Under the pieces are notes generated by a model. The model made no database searches. It had not been told where the DNA came from and saw only the letters and a program-made list of their open reading frames with translations. Positions 1 through 10,542 of a stretch of DNA of 39,674 nucleotides are shown here, in pieces. Positions within the stretch are counted from its first letter, which is position 1, and the number at the start of each line of letters is the position of its first letter. This DNA is from Cellvibrionales bacterium (GTDB lineage: Bacteria; Pseudomonadota; Gammaproteobacteria; Pseudomonadales; UBA7434), in NCBI GenBank assembly GCA_002726445.1, contig PBSZ01000091.1:1-39674 (forward strand). Direction: 5' to 3'. Both the position numbers and the translations under genes were made by a program.

Positions 1-90
1 AATTAAAACCTTTTTAAAACTATTTGCACTACCGTGCGCGCTTGATGTTAATGTCGAACAGCTTTTTTCAAGCTCAACTGCTATTGAAGA

Positions 91-171
91 TTATTGAGCC
101 CACCGACGACGACTCGAGACACCGGCCAAACTGGCCAAGGCCGTAGCAAATAATAATAAAAAAATATCCAT
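91..171 (-). CDS. Candidate small membrane protein, 26 aa (MDIFLLLFATALASLAGVSSRRRWAQ)
   Basis: Read manually: ATG at 171-169, TAA at 93-91. A hydrophobic stretch is followed by RRR. The nearest SD-like AGAGGG is about 19 nt upstream, which is poor spacing. Below the ORF-track length cutoff. Confidence 0.3.
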   Translation of the reverse strand: MDIFLLLFATALASLAGVSSRRRWAQ

Positions 172-497
172 TACTTAATCGTCTTGAAGTCCCTCTTTTG
201 GGTTTTTTCAAATCAATTAGAAAGAACATCGTCCTCTCATAAGATCAATGCTTGGGTGTCTCTCAATGCTCGTTGCGACCTTATTTAAATCAAACGCTCT
301 AATCAATAGCTATACGGCCTAAACTCATTTCACCCACCGACTGTGACGATGACTGCCAAAAGAGGTAATGTTCCAAACCAAAAATTACCGAATACCATAA
401 CGCTAAGCGATTGAAAAACATTAATTTTGTAGTAACCTTAGCGTTCTGTTATATCGCTTAATAACCGGCAATTAATGCCCCTATCGTGTGAAGTATT

Positions 498-2141
498 ATG
501 AAAGAAAATCCAGAGCAAGCCATTCCGGAAGTCTTTGAATCGCTGAAGAAATTCCCTTTACCCAGCAGTCAAATGAATGATCTAAATTTCTCGATGGACG
601 ACAGTCATTCTCATGCAAGACTGACCGCCGCTGGTTTAACTATCGATTTTTCACGGGCTCGCATCAGTCAAAAGGTGTTAAATGAGCTGCTTTCGATCGC
701 CGAATCTAAACATTTAAGCGAGCAAATTCAATTACTTATTAAGGGAGCTGAGCTCAATAATACTGAACAGCGAGCGGCCCATCACACAGCTCTAAGGCTG
801 CCCGAACAGCAACAAGATCGTGTTGAGGTAACAGCAACACAACACGAGATTAAGCGCATTAGCGATCAACTAAGAACTCAACAATGGCGTGGTCGAAGTG
901 ATACAACGATTACGGATATTGTTAATATCGGCATCGGCGGCTCAGACCTCGGGCCAAGAATGATTAGCCATGCACTGGCAAACTATGCCGATGGTCCCAA
1001 GGTGCATTTTGTCGCCAATGTTGACCCGCGCGACCTTGAGTGCACCTTACAAGCTCTATCGCCGTCAAATACCTTAATCATTATTTCATCGAAGTCGTTT
1101 AACACCACGGAGACACTGGAAAACGCCTTATCGGCGAGGCAATGGCTGCTTACTGAAATGACCGATGATGACTTATCAAAACACGTTATTGCCGTGTCAT
1201 CTAATATTGAAAAAGCCGTTGAATTTGGCGTTGCACCTGAAAATATCTTACCCATGTGGGATTGGGTTGGGGGTAGATACTCACTTTGGTCGGCGATTGG
1301 CCTGCCCATTGCCATTGCCACAGGTTACCAAAATTACTGTGACTTACTGGCCGGCGCGCACAGCATGGATCAACATTTTGCGCAAAGCCCACTGAGCACT
1401 AACCTACCAGCATTGTTGGCGTTATTAGAAATTTGGTATATCAACCGCGGCAATGCCAACAGCATCGCCGTACTTCCCTATAGCCATGAACTGCGTCTGC
1501 TGCCTGACTACCTGCAGCAACTTGTCATGGAGAGCAATGGTAAGCAGGTCGATAAACAAGGGAGCCCGGTGGGTCATCGAACTTGCGCAACCATCTGGGG
1601 CAGTGCCGGTACGATTGGCCAGCACTCCTTCCATCAATTACTTCATCAAGGCACAGAAAATATTCCGGTTGATTTTATATTGCCGTTAAGCAGCCACTCG
1701 GATAACGAACATAAACAAGCGCATTTAGTTGCCAATTGTTTAGCCCAAAGTAAGGCCTTGACGGAAGGAAAAACCATTGCTGCCGCTGAACAGGAATTAC
1801 TTGATAGTGGCGCTTCAACTGAGGAAGCCCAGCGACTCGGCAGTCACAAAGCAAGCCCAGGCAATCGGCCTAATACGATCATTACCATGGAAAAACTCAC
1901 CCCCAGTCATTTAGGCGCACTGGTGGCACTTTATGAACATAAGGTTTTCGCCCAAAGTGTGATATGGGGCATTAATGCTTTTGATCAATGGGGCGTCGAG
2001 TTAGGCAAGCAGCTAAGCAGTCCAATTCTAGCCGCATTAAAGGGTAACACTGAAGACAGTCAAGCACCTATCGATTCACCTACCGATGCAACCACCGCCT
2101 ATTGGTGCGAGCAATTCATTGAAATACATAAAGACGGTTGA
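498..2141 (+). CDS. pgi: Glucose-6-phosphate isomerase
   Basis: Motifs NIGIGGSDLGP, SSKSFNTTET, DWVGGRYSLWSAIG, QQLVMESNGK, GQHSFHQLLHQG and FDQWGVELGK; 547 aa. Confidence 0.97.
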   Translation: MKENPEQAIPEVFESLKKFPLPSSQMNDLNFSMDDSHSHARLTAAGLTIDFSRARISQKVLNELLSIAESKHLSEQIQLLIKGAELNNTEQRAAHHTALRLPEQQQDRVEVTATQHEIKRISDQLRTQQWRGRSDTTITDIVNIGIGGSDLGPRMISHALANYADGPKVHFVANVDPRDLECTLQALSPSNTLIIISSKSFNTTETLENALSARQWLLTEMTDDDLSKHVIAVSSNIEKAVEFGVAPENILPMWDWVGGRYSLWSAIGLPIAIATGYQNYCDLLAGAHSMDQHFAQSPLSTNLPALLALLEIWYINRGNANSIAVLPYSHELRLLPDYLQQLVMESNGKQVDKQGSPVGHRTCATIWGSAGTIGQHSFHQLLHQGTENIPVDFILPLSSHSDNEHKQAHLVANCLAQSKALTEGKTIAAAEQELLDSGASTEEAQRLGSHKASPGNRPNTIITMEKLTPSHLGALVALYEHKVFAQSVIWGINAFDQWGVELGKQLSSPILAALKGNTEDSQAPIDSPTDATTAYWCEQFIEIHKDG

Positions 2142-2161
2142 ATCACTGCGTTTACTCAAAG

Positions 2162-3526
2162 TTACTGAATCTTAGCCAACAGCTCTTCGGTTTTTGCTTG
2201 CATCAATGCCATATCACCCCGCGACTCAACATTGAGTCGCAGCAATGGTTCAGTGTTAGATTTTCTAATATTAAAGCGCCAATTATCAAAGCTAACACTG
2301 ACCCCATCGGTATAATCAACATCAATCGCCGATGCTTGATAGTCATCAAGGATTGATGAGATTACCGCATCAGCATCAGCAACGGTTCGATTGATCTCAC
2401 CGCTAACGGGATAATTGCTGATCATTTCACTGACTAAACTCGATAAGGGTTGACCTTTTTTAGCCACTAACTCAGCAATCAATAACCAAGGAATCATGCC
2501 ACTATCGCAATAAGCAAAATCACGGAAATAATGATGGGCGCTCATTTCGCCGCCATAGACAGCATCTTCTAGCCGCATGCGTTCCTTAATAAACGCGTGG
2601 CCTGTTTTACTCATAATAGGCTTGCCGCCTAATTGATTGACGATGTCACAGGTATTCCAAGTGAGTCGTGGGTCATGCACCACCGCTTGGCCTGGCGTTT
2701 TTTGTAAAAATGCCTCCGCTAGCAAACCTACGATATAATAGCCTTCAATGAACTGGCCCTTTTCATCAAAGAAAAAACATCGATCAAAATCACCGTCCCA
2801 GGCAATGCCAAAATCAGCATTGGCCTCGATAACAGCATCAATGGTTGGCTGTCGATTCTCAAGCAGCAGTGGATTAGGAATGCCATTCGGAAAATTACCA
2901 TCAGGCTGATTAAATACCTTGGTAAATTCGATGGGCAGTAATGGCTCGAGTGCATCGATCACTAATCCTGCACCGCCATTACCGGCATTACAGGCAATTT
3001 TGAGTCCCGCCAATGCGTCAACATCAATATAACTTAATAAGTGCTTTAAATAAGCCGGTCGGCTCTCTAAGGGAGTAATGCTAGCAGCAGAATCAGAGCT
3101 GTTAAAATCTCCCGACTCCGCTAAAGCCTTAATGTCCAGCAAGCCCGTATCACCACTAATAGGCTGACTGCCACGTTTCACCAATTTCATGCCGTTATAA
3201 TCGATGGGGTTGTGACTGGCGGTTACAACCACCCCACCATCAACATCATTATTAAAGGTGGCAAAGTACATTTCTTCTGTACCCGACATACCAATATCTA
3301 ACACTTCTGCACCAGCATCATTAATTCCGCGAGCAACGGCTTGGGAAAATTCAGGGCTGGTCAAGCGAATATCATGACCAAGACAAATACGCTTGGCACC
3401 TAGGTATTGGGCAAAAGCTCTACCGATGCGATAGGCAATCTCTTCATTTAATTGATCAGGAATACGGCCGCGAATATCATAAGCTTTGAAACAACTGTAA
3501 TTTGAAATTTTCTTATCTCCTATCAA
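2162..3526 (-). CDS. manB: Phosphomannomutase (CpsG/ManB type); true start may be ATT at 3508
   Basis: [16 protein letters not shown] (phosphoserine loop), AWDGDFDR (metal loop), GGEMSAH and RKSNTEP. Confidence 0.93.
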   Translation of the reverse strand: MIGDKKISNYSCFKAYDIRGRIPDQLNEEIAYRIGRAFAQYLGAKRICLGHDIRLTSPEFSQAVARGINDAGAEVLDIGMSGTEEMYFATFNNDVDGGVVVTASHNPIDYNGMKLVKRGSQPISGDTGLLDIKALAESGDFNSSDSAASITPLESRPAYLKHLLSYIDVDALAGLKIACNAGNGGAGLVIDALEPLLPIEFTKVFNQPDGNFPNGIPNPLLLENRQPTIDAVIEANADFGIAWDGDFDRCFFFDEKGQFIEGYYIVGLLAEAFLQKTPGQAVVHDPRLTWNTCDIVNQLGGKPIMSKTGHAFIKERMRLEDAVYGGEMSAHHYFRDFAYCDSGMIPWLLIAELVAKKGQPLSSLVSEMISNYPVSGEINRTVADADAVISSILDDYQASAIDVDYTDGVSVSFDNWRFNIRKSNTEPLLRLNVESRGDMALMQAKTEELLAKIQ

Positions 3527-3528
3527 GC

Positions 3529-4356
3529 CTATTTTTTATAGACATGGTCATAGCAATAATTGGTTGCATCGATAAAGCCTTCTATGCTGCCACAGTCAAA
3601 ACGCTTACCCTTAAATTTATACGCCATCACACAGCCTTTTTTAGCTTGCTGTAACAAAGCATCGGTGATTTGAACCTCGCCATTCTTTCCTGGTGGGGTG
3701 TCACGAATAATATCAAAAATATCCGGCGTTAAAATATAACGACCAATAATCGCTAAATTAGTTGGCGCATCTTCAGGTTTAGGTTTTTCTACCATATCGG
3801 TTACCCGATATAGATCGTCTCGAATCATATCACCCGCAATGATACCAAATTTTTCAACCTGATCTGCCGGTACCTCTTCAATGGCAACGATAGTGCATCG
3901 AAACTGTTTATACATCTCGACCATTTGGCTCAAAACACCATCATATTCCTGACCGAAACAAAGGTCATCGGCTAACACAACGCCAAAGGGTTCATCGCCT
4001 ATTAATGTCTCACCTGTGAGAATGGCATGACCCAAACCCAACATCTCACTTTGCCGTGTCGTTGAAAATGTACCGCGATCAATCACATCACGAATATCAC
4101 TCAACAGTGCCTCTTTACCACTACCGGATATCTCATTCTCTAGCTCATAGTTAGTATCAAAATAATCATTTATCGCGCGCTTATTCCTGCCGGTCACGAA
4201 ACCAATTTCAAACAAGCCCGCATCTAGCGCCTCTTCAACACCGTAGTGAACCAAAGGCTTATTGACAATAGGCAACATCTCTTTGGGCATGGCCTTCGTC
4301 GCCGGTAAAAACCGGGTGCCGTAGCCTGCCACTGGAAACAAACACTTTTTTATCAT
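3529..4356 (-). CDS. galU: UTP--glucose-1-phosphate uridylyltransferase
   Basis: [43 protein letters not shown] and FDCG. Confidence 0.97.
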   Translation of the reverse strand: MIKKCLFPVAGYGTRFLPATKAMPKEMLPIVNKPLVHYGVEEALDAGLFEIGFVTGRNKRAINDYFDTNYELENEISGSGKEALLSDIRDVIDRGTFSTTRQSEMLGLGHAILTGETLIGDEPFGVVLADDLCFGQEYDGVLSQMVEMYKQFRCTIVAIEEVPADQVEKFGIIAGDMIRDDLYRVTDMVEKPKPEDAPTNLAIIGRYILTPDIFDIIRDTPPGKNGEVQITDALLQQAKKGCVMAYKFKGKRFDCGSIEGFIDATNYCYDHVYKK

Positions 4357-4423
4357 CTTTACGCTAAACCCTGTATAAATATTAAAATTACAGTCTTTTT
4401 TGATCTGCTCAGATAATCATTGG

Positions 4424-5854
4424 TTATTCATGCCGGCCATAATCATCGTCAAAGCGAACGATATCATCTTCACCAAGGTAAGCGCCAGACTGAATTTCAA
4501 TTAATGTTAACGGTATAGAACCGACATTCTCTAATCGATGCTTTTGTCCAAGTGGAATATAGGTTGATTGGTTTTCAATTAAAGTGAAGACCTCGTCGCC
4601 GCAGGTGACTTGCGCCTCACCAGAGACCACCACCCAATGTTCTGCCCTGTGATGGTGCATTTGCAGCGAGAGTTTTTGTCCGCAATGCACAACAATTCTT
4701 TTAACTTGAAATCGCTCACCCTGACAAATAGTTTCATAACTACCCCAGGGTCGAAACACTAACTGATGCGCCGACCCTTCGCTACGATGACTCAGCTGCA
4801 AGGCAGTGACAATTTTTTTGACGTCTTGAATTGCATTTTTATCCGCCACCAAAACCGCATCACTGGTTTCGACAACGACGGCATTTGATAACCCTAGCGT
4901 CGTGACGAGACGATGATCACTCATCACCAAGCTATTAGTGCTGTCCTGCATAAGGACATCGCCAATAGCCACATTGCCTTGCTCATCTTTATCGGAAATA
5001 TCCCATATCGCCTGCCAGGAGCCGACATCGCTCCACTCTGCGGCTAAAGGCACCATGGCTCCTTTAGCCGTATGTTCCATGACAGCATAGTCAATGGAGT
5101 CGCTAGGACAGCCAGCAAAACATTCTTCATCAACACGGATAAAATCAAGATCGCGATATGCCCGTTTAAATGCTTGCTGACTGGCCTGATAAATTTCTGG
5201 CGCATAAGCAGCTAACTCAGCCAGAAATTGATCGGCGCGAAAAAGAAACATACCGCTGTTCCAACTGAAATTTTGATCGGCAATATAACTTTCAGCCGTC
5301 TGCTTATTTGGCTTTTCAACAAACCGCTTTATAGAAAAAATAGACGCTTCAGTAGTATTTATTAACAGAGGCTCTCCTCGCTCTATATAGCCATAGCCTG
5401 TCTCTGGAGCGTCGGGCACAATACCAAAGGAAACTAAATAACCTTGTTCTGCCGCATGTGTAGCCTGACTTACCGCATTTGAAAAAGCCTGTTCATTTTT
5501 AATATTGTGATCAGCTGGCAAAACAAGCAACACGGCATCTGGATTGATTTCTAAAGCCGAGAATGCCGCAATGGCTACGGCTGGGGCTGTGTTTCTTGCC
5601 ACAGGCTCAAGAATGATATTTGCAGGCTGAACACCTAACTGCTGAAATTGCTCAGCCACAAAAAAACGATTTTCATGATTGCAAATTGCAAGAGGAGCAG
5701 CCACATCATTGAGACTTTTTAATCGCAGCGCTGTCGACTGCAGCATTGAATAGCCGTCATCTAAAACATCAATAAATTGCTTCGGGTACGACGCTCTTGA
5801 TAAAGGCCATAATCGACTGCCTGAACCACCGCATAAGATGACAGGAAAAATCAT
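4424..5854 (-). CDS. manC: Mannose-1-phosphate guanylyltransferase/mannose-6-phosphate isomerase
   Basis: GGSGSRLWPLSR, EPVARNTAPA, ETGYGYI, FVEKP, WNSGMF, SIDYAVME, WSDVGSW; C-terminal cupin with RPWG and LSLQMHHHRAEHW. Confidence 0.96.
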   Translation of the reverse strand: MIFPVILCGGSGSRLWPLSRASYPKQFIDVLDDGYSMLQSTALRLKSLNDVAAPLAICNHENRFFVAEQFQQLGVQPANIILEPVARNTAPAVAIAAFSALEINPDAVLLVLPADHNIKNEQAFSNAVSQATHAAEQGYLVSFGIVPDAPETGYGYIERGEPLLINTTEASIFSIKRFVEKPNKQTAESYIADQNFSWNSGMFLFRADQFLAELAAYAPEIYQASQQAFKRAYRDLDFIRVDEECFAGCPSDSIDYAVMEHTAKGAMVPLAAEWSDVGSWQAIWDISDKDEQGNVAIGDVLMQDSTNSLVMSDHRLVTTLGLSNAVVVETSDAVLVADKNAIQDVKKIVTALQLSHRSEGSAHQLVFRPWGSYETICQGERFQVKRIVVHCGQKLSLQMHHHRAEHWVVVSGEAQVTCGDEVFTLIENQSTYIPLGQKHRLENVGSIPLTLIEIQSGAYLGEDDIVRFDDDYGRHE

Positions 5855-6069
5855 AACTATCCTTTTAACTGTATATTAAAATGTACTGTGATTAGGCAAC
5901 GTCCAAAGAGGCTCGTAATTAATAGTTTAGTTTTCTAGCTTGAAACGTCACATTTAACTATTGCTACTGGACTTAACCATGATAATCGCTAAAATGACGC
6001 TCCAGTCAACGCTTAACAACAGTTAGCCTTGGCTCTCTATCTTATTATAACCTTATTAGGCCACGAAAC

Positions 6070-6576
6070 ATGACAATCACTCAAAATTCTTTCTCTAAAG
6101 AAGAATTAATTGCCTGTGGCCATGGTCACATTTTCGGTCCTGGCAATGCGCAATTACCCATCGATAATATGCTCATGTTAGACCGTATAACCAAAATCAC
6201 CGACCAAGAAGGCGATTTTAATAAGGGTTATATTGAAGCCGAACTTGATATACACCCAGAGCTTTGGTTTTTTGACTGTCACTTTCCTGGTGACCCAGTG
6301 ATGCCGGGCTGCCTTGGCCTCGATGCACTTTGGCAGCTAATTGGCTTCTTTCTAGGCTGGAAAGGTAATGAAGGACAAGGTCGCGCATTAGGCTGTGGCG
6401 AAGTGAAATTCACCGGTCAAGTCACTCCCGAGGCGAAACTCGTCAGCTATAAAATTCATTTAAGTCGACTCATTGAGCGAAAATTAGTAATGGGTATCGC
6501 CGATGCCACCATGGAAGTCGATGGCAAGGTCATTTACACCGCAAAAGACCTTCGTGTCGGCCTATTTAAGAAATAA
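6070..6576 (+). CDS. fabA: 3-hydroxyacyl-ACP dehydratase/isomerase FabA
   Basis: [21 protein letters not shown], with the FabA-type Asp; also GRALG. Confidence 0.97.
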   Translation: MTITQNSFSKEELIACGHGHIFGPGNAQLPIDNMLMLDRITKITDQEGDFNKGYIEAELDIHPELWFFDCHFPGDPVMPGCLGLDALWQLIGFFLGWKGNEGQGRALGCGEVKFTGQVTPEAKLVSYKIHLSRLIERKLVMGIADATMEVDGKVIYTAKDLRVGLFKK

Positions 6577-6682
6577 CCGCTCACCGAAACCCCTCACTTT
6601 TTAAAACGTTTTAATTTCCGACAATAATGATTTCATCGTATAATTACGGTTTAATCATTGAGTATCAGTAAAGGCATCATTC

Positions 6683-7900
6683 ATGAGAAGAATCGTTGTT
6701 TCAGGTATGGGTATCACTTCTTGTTTAGGGTCAACCACAGAAGCTGTTACAGCTGCCCTTAAACAAGGCCTATCAGGCATTAAGTTTAACCCTAGCTACG
6801 CCGAATTAGGCATGCGCAGCCACATTGCAGGCATGATTGATCTTGATCTCAGCGAGCTGATTGATCGAAAACTGTTGCGATTTATGGGGAGCGCCGCGGG
6901 CTTCGCCTATCTTTCAATGGCTGCCGCCATTGCCGATGCCGGTCTTGAGCCAGTCGAGCTCTCTCATCCACGCACCGGCATCATCGCAGGCTCAGGTGGC
7001 GCATCATCAGCCAGCCAAGTCGCGGCGGCAGAAATCCTAAAACAACGGGGCATTAAACGTGTGGGGCCCTACCGCGTCACACAAACCATGGGCAGTACGG
7101 TATCCGCTTGTCTCGCCACAGCCTTTAAAATTAAAGGCATCAATTATTCTATTTCTTCTGCTTGCTCAACCAGTGCGCACTGCATCGGCAATGCATTGGA
7201 GCAAATTCAACTCGGCAAGCAAGATATTGTTTTTGCTGGCGGCGGCGAAGAAGAACACTGGACGATGAGCTGCCTTTTTGATGCCATGGGTGCATTGTCA
7301 TCAAAATACAATGACACGCCAGAATTAGCCTCTAGAGCTTATGACCGCGATCGAGACGGCTTTGTTATCGCCGGCGGCGGTGGCATGTTAGTGTTAGAAG
7401 AACTGGAGCACGCAAAAGCCCGTGGTGCAAAAATTTATGCTGAAATCGTCGGTTATGGCGCGACTTCAGACGGCGCAGAAATGGTCGCACCCTCAGGAGA
7501 AGGAGCCGTTAGAGCCATGCAGTTAGCCAGCGCCAATCTCGACGGTAACATTGACTATATCAATGCACACGGCACTAGCACCCCCGCGGGCGACATGGTC
7601 GAGCTCGCCGCGATGAAAACGGCTTTTGGTGAAAACATCCCCTCGATCAGCTCAACAAAGTCTTTATCGGGACACTCTCTGGGTGCCGCTGGCGTTCAAG
7701 AGGCGATTTACAGTTTACTGATGTTACAAAACAACTTCATTGCAGGCTCTGCCAACATACATCAGCTTGACGACGCAGCTAAGGGCTTACCGATTATTGA
7801 AAAAACCATTGAAGGGCTTGAATTAAATCGCGTCATGTCAAACAGCTTTGGTTTTGGCGGCACCAACGCCAGTTTAGTGTTTCAACGCTATACAGGCTAA
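6683..7900 (+). CDS. fabB: Beta-ketoacyl-ACP synthase I
   Basis: [11 protein letters not shown] (active Cys), [18 protein letters not shown] and [10 protein letters not shown]; directly downstream of fabA. Confidence 0.96.
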   Translation: MRRIVVSGMGITSCLGSTTEAVTAALKQGLSGIKFNPSYAELGMRSHIAGMIDLDLSELIDRKLLRFMGSAAGFAYLSMAAAIADAGLEPVELSHPRTGIIAGSGGASSASQVAAAEILKQRGIKRVGPYRVTQTMGSTVSACLATAFKIKGINYSISSACSTSAHCIGNALEQIQLGKQDIVFAGGGEEEHWTMSCLFDAMGALSSKYNDTPELASRAYDRDRDGFVIAGGGGMLVLEELEHAKARGAKIYAEIVGYGATSDGAEMVAPSGEGAVRAMQLASANLDGNIDYINAHGTSTPAGDMVELAAMKTAFGENIPSISSTKSLSGHSLGAAGVQEAIYSLLMLQNNFIAGSANIHQLDDAAKGLPIIEKTIEGLELNRVMSNSFGFGGTNASLVFQRYTG

Positions 7901-7906
7901 CACGAG

Positions 7907-9145
7907 CTAAATTTTTAACTCACCAAAACATGATAGCGGTAAAATAGTGCAGTGATCACCTGCCGTTAATTTCTGGCCAGCGGCCATAGGGATTAAAATA
8001 TTGGCCGCAGAGATCGACGACAATACACCCGAGCTTTGATTATCAAACAAGTCAGCAATCACTTGACCTTCTTCATTAATACGAGCAACACCCCGTAAAA
8101 AATCTAATCGGCGACCGCGATTATACCATTCAAAGTTCGCCGTGGCTGAATAGCCTGTCAGACTAGCATTGGCAAGATCGATATCAACTAAGTTGGCCAG
8201 CCCCATAGATTTCAATAACCACGGCCTAACCAATAAATGAAACGTCACATAGGCAGACACCGGGTTACCAGGCAAGCCAAAAAAGGCTGTACCTTGAAGC
8301 TGGCCAAAGGCAACTGGCTTACCAGGCTTGATAGCTAATTTCCAAAAATCAATAAAGCCTAGGGCTTCTACTTGTTGACGAACATAATCTTCTTCGCCAA
8401 CCGACATACCACCGGTCGTAATCACGCAATCGGCTTGCTCAGCAGCCTGCAGTAAAAATTGCGCTGTCGATGCCGCATCGTCAGGGCATCGGCCTAGATC
8501 AAGCGGAATAGCGCCGCATTCAGCTATTTTAGCGGCTAAAAAGTAACGGTTAGAATTGTATATTTGCCCAGGCTCAAGCGCCTGCTCAGGGTCTTTAAGC
8601 TCATCACCGGTGGAAAAGAAAGCGACCGTTAATGGCCGATAACATTGTAATTTGCTAACCCCGACCGAGGCCAACAAACCAATATCTCCAGCACTGAGTC
8701 GATGCCCTTTGGCAACCACCTCTGACTGGTATCGTATATCTTGTCCTGCTAATCGAATGTGCTGGCCTAGAGAAGGTGTTTCCGAGAAAGTTACCTGATT
8801 ACTGTCAACCAGCGACTGACTGTCTTCTTGGAGTATGACGGCATCGGCACCTGCCGGTATCATCGCGCCGGTAAAAATTCGCGCTACCGACACTGGCTCT
8901 AACGCAAGGGCCAAATCCCCCGCGGCAATTCGCTGCGATACGGTAAAGGTGTTACCCCGCGCAAAATCAGCACAACGAACGGCATAGCCATCCATAGCAC
9001 TGTTATCAACCGATGGCACATCGATAGCGGCTATTTTCTTCGCGGCGGTTATACGACCTAAGGCCTGATTCAGCGATATTGATTCAACCTCAGGCTCTAG
9101 CGATTTAGCTAAGACCTGAGCAAGCCCTGTCTCGAACGCTATCAT
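7907..9145 (-). CDS. moeA: Molybdopterin molybdenumtransferase
   Basis: NSAMDGYA, RIFTGA, STGDEL, TTGGMSVG, KPGKP and GLPGNPVS; ATGA overlap with moaB. Confidence 0.96.
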   Translation of the reverse strand: MIAFETGLAQVLAKSLEPEVESISLNQALGRITAAKKIAAIDVPSVDNSAMDGYAVRCADFARGNTFTVSQRIAAGDLALALEPVSVARIFTGAMIPAGADAVILQEDSQSLVDSNQVTFSETPSLGQHIRLAGQDIRYQSEVVAKGHRLSAGDIGLLASVGVSKLQCYRPLTVAFFSTGDELKDPEQALEPGQIYNSNRYFLAAKIAECGAIPLDLGRCPDDAASTAQFLLQAAEQADCVITTGGMSVGEEDYVRQQVEALGFIDFWKLAIKPGKPVAFGQLQGTAFFGLPGNPVSAYVTFHLLVRPWLLKSMGLANLVDIDLANASLTGYSATANFEWYNRGRRLDFLRGVARINEEGQVIADLFDNQSSGVLSSISAANILIPMAAGQKLTAGDHCTILPLSCFGELKI

Positions 9146-9669
9146 TGATCGTTTTTTTGGTGCTGAAGCACGCCATGGAAGTTACAGGGTCGATGGCGAC
9201 TGTCGAGTTGCTCAGACAAAATCGCCTCCCATGCTAGCTGACAAGCACCGGTCGAACCGGGCATGGCAAAGATCACCGTTTGATTAGCAAAGCCTGCCAA
9301 GGCGCGTGATTGAATGGTAGATGTGCCAATGTCGGCATAAGACAGCTGCCTAAACAGCTCACCAAAACCGTCAATTTCTTTATCGAACAGAGGGCCGATC
9401 GCCTCGGGAGTGGAATCACGGCCACTAAAACCAGTCCCGCCAGTAATCAACACCGCATCGACCGCTGCGTCAGCAATCCAAGCCGAAATAGTGGCACGAA
9501 TAGCGTAGATATCGTCTTTAACGATATGACGCTGGAATAAATGATGACCTGCTGCTGCGATTGAATCGACCAAATAATCACCTGAAGTATCATTTTTGTC
9601 CGTTCGCGTGTCAGAGACCGTTAATACAGTCACCGTTAAGGGCTGAAAAGTAGCGGAAGCTTTAGACAT
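9142..9669 (-). CDS. moaB: Molybdenum cofactor biosynthesis protein B
   Basis: VLTVSDTR, DTSG, TGGTG, DSTPEA, GFGELFR and MPGS. Confidence 0.95.
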   Translation of the reverse strand: MSKASATFQPLTVTVLTVSDTRTDKNDTSGDYLVDSIAAAGHHLFQRHIVKDDIYAIRATISAWIADAAVDAVLITGGTGFSGRDSTPEAIGPLFDKEIDGFGELFRQLSYADIGTSTIQSRALAGFANQTVIFAMPGSTGACQLAWEAILSEQLDSRHRPCNFHGVLQHQKNDQ

Positions 9670-9776
9670 AGAGGCGTTTTACCTGTTTTTATGAGTGAGA
9701 CCATTTAAAAACCCCTTTTATTGCCAAATACTGCAATTTCGGATGGTTTTCTCTATTTTCACTGTTTATACAGCTA

Positions 9777-9813
9777 TTGACAATCACCTTACAACTCTGA
9801 ATAATCGGCGGCC
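9777..9813 (+). promoter_or_regulatory. Sigma70 promoter of rpsT with GC-rich discriminator
   Basis: TTGACA (9777-9782), 17-nt spacer, AATAAT (9800-9805), then CGGCGGCC, typical of stringently controlled promoters. Confidence 0.7.
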
Positions 9814-9851
9814 TTAAATTTAAGCCTTAATATGCACTATTGGAGATAATC

Positions 9852-10118
9852 TTGGCCAATTCGCCCCAATCAAAAAAACGCGCACGACAAGCTGAAAAAC
9901 GTCGTAATCACAATGCAAGTATGCGATCTATGGTTCGTACTTATTTAAAACGCGTTATTGCTGCCATCAGCAGCGGTGATGCTAGCGCCGCTCAAGCCGC
10001 GTATAACGATGCTGTTCCGGTCATTGACCGCATGGCCGATAAAGGCGTTATTCACAAGAACAAAGCCGCACGCCATAAATCACGTCTTAATGCCCAGGTT
10101 AAAGCCCTCGCAAGTTAA
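9852..10118 (+). CDS. rpsT: 30S ribosomal protein S20
   Basis: [13 protein letters not shown]...[13 protein letters not shown]. Start moved to TTG 9852, 6 nt after GGAG; a UUG start is also used by E. coli rpsT. Confidence 0.98.
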   Translation: MANSPQSKKRARQAEKRRNHNASMRSMVRTYLKRVIAAISSGDASAAQAAYNDAVPVIDRMADKGVIHKNKAARHKSRLNAQVKALAS

Positions 10119-10174
10119 GCTGGCTCATTATATACTAAGTTATTGATTTTAATTGTTTATTTTTCCAATCAAGC

Positions 10175-10198
10175 AGGCGTATAGGCGCCTTTTTTTTT
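10175..10198 (+). terminator. Intrinsic terminator after rpsT
   Basis: AGGCGT-atag-GCGCCT stem-loop followed by a run of 8 T. Confidence 0.75.
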
Positions 10199-10382
10199 AT
10201 GTTTAACCAAAATCGCTCCGTTAAGCAACGATAAACTGTTAACCCCTCTACCCCTTATTTTTGCTAGCAACTTCTGCCAAAAAGATATACCACGACCTCC
10301 GGTAAGTCGACATTTTTGGCAATCTACTCAATCGCAATAAGCTACTGTGAGAATAAATACCCCTTAAAAAGCCGATGAATCC

Positions 10383-10419
10383 TTGTCTCAACCGGCAAGA
10401 TGGCTTATTATTCGCGGCC
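10383..10419 (+). promoter_or_regulatory. Sigma70 promoter of rplU-rpmA
   Basis: TTGTCT (10383-10388), 17-nt spacer, TATTAT (10406-10411) and GC-rich discriminator TCGCGGCC. Confidence 0.6.
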
Positions 10420-10542
10420 TTTTTTGGGGTAATTGATTTATCCTTTATTACGAGCCAAAGGGCTCATTACCGTTGCCAGACTCGCCAATAAAAATAGCGT
10501 GTTAATCCAAAAGCAAAGTTTGGCCGCAATACGGAGAAAAAT

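Noticed and set aside
20-85. JUMPStart/ops-like sequence on the minus strand (AGCTTGAAAAAAGCT...CACGGTAGTGC) near sugar-nucleotide genes
   Set aside because: It does not match the GGCGGTAG core, and the spacing between hairpin and core is too long.
983-2955. Short alternative-frame or antisense ORFs within pgi and manB (e.g. 983-1321, 2138-2356)
   Set aside because: They lie almost entirely within well-supported genes and have no recognisable motifs. The same applies to the other 60-146 aa shadow ORFs across the window.
9840-9851. ORF-track start of rpsT (MEIIL)
   Set aside because: This segment contains the GGAG RBS; homology supports TTG at 9852.
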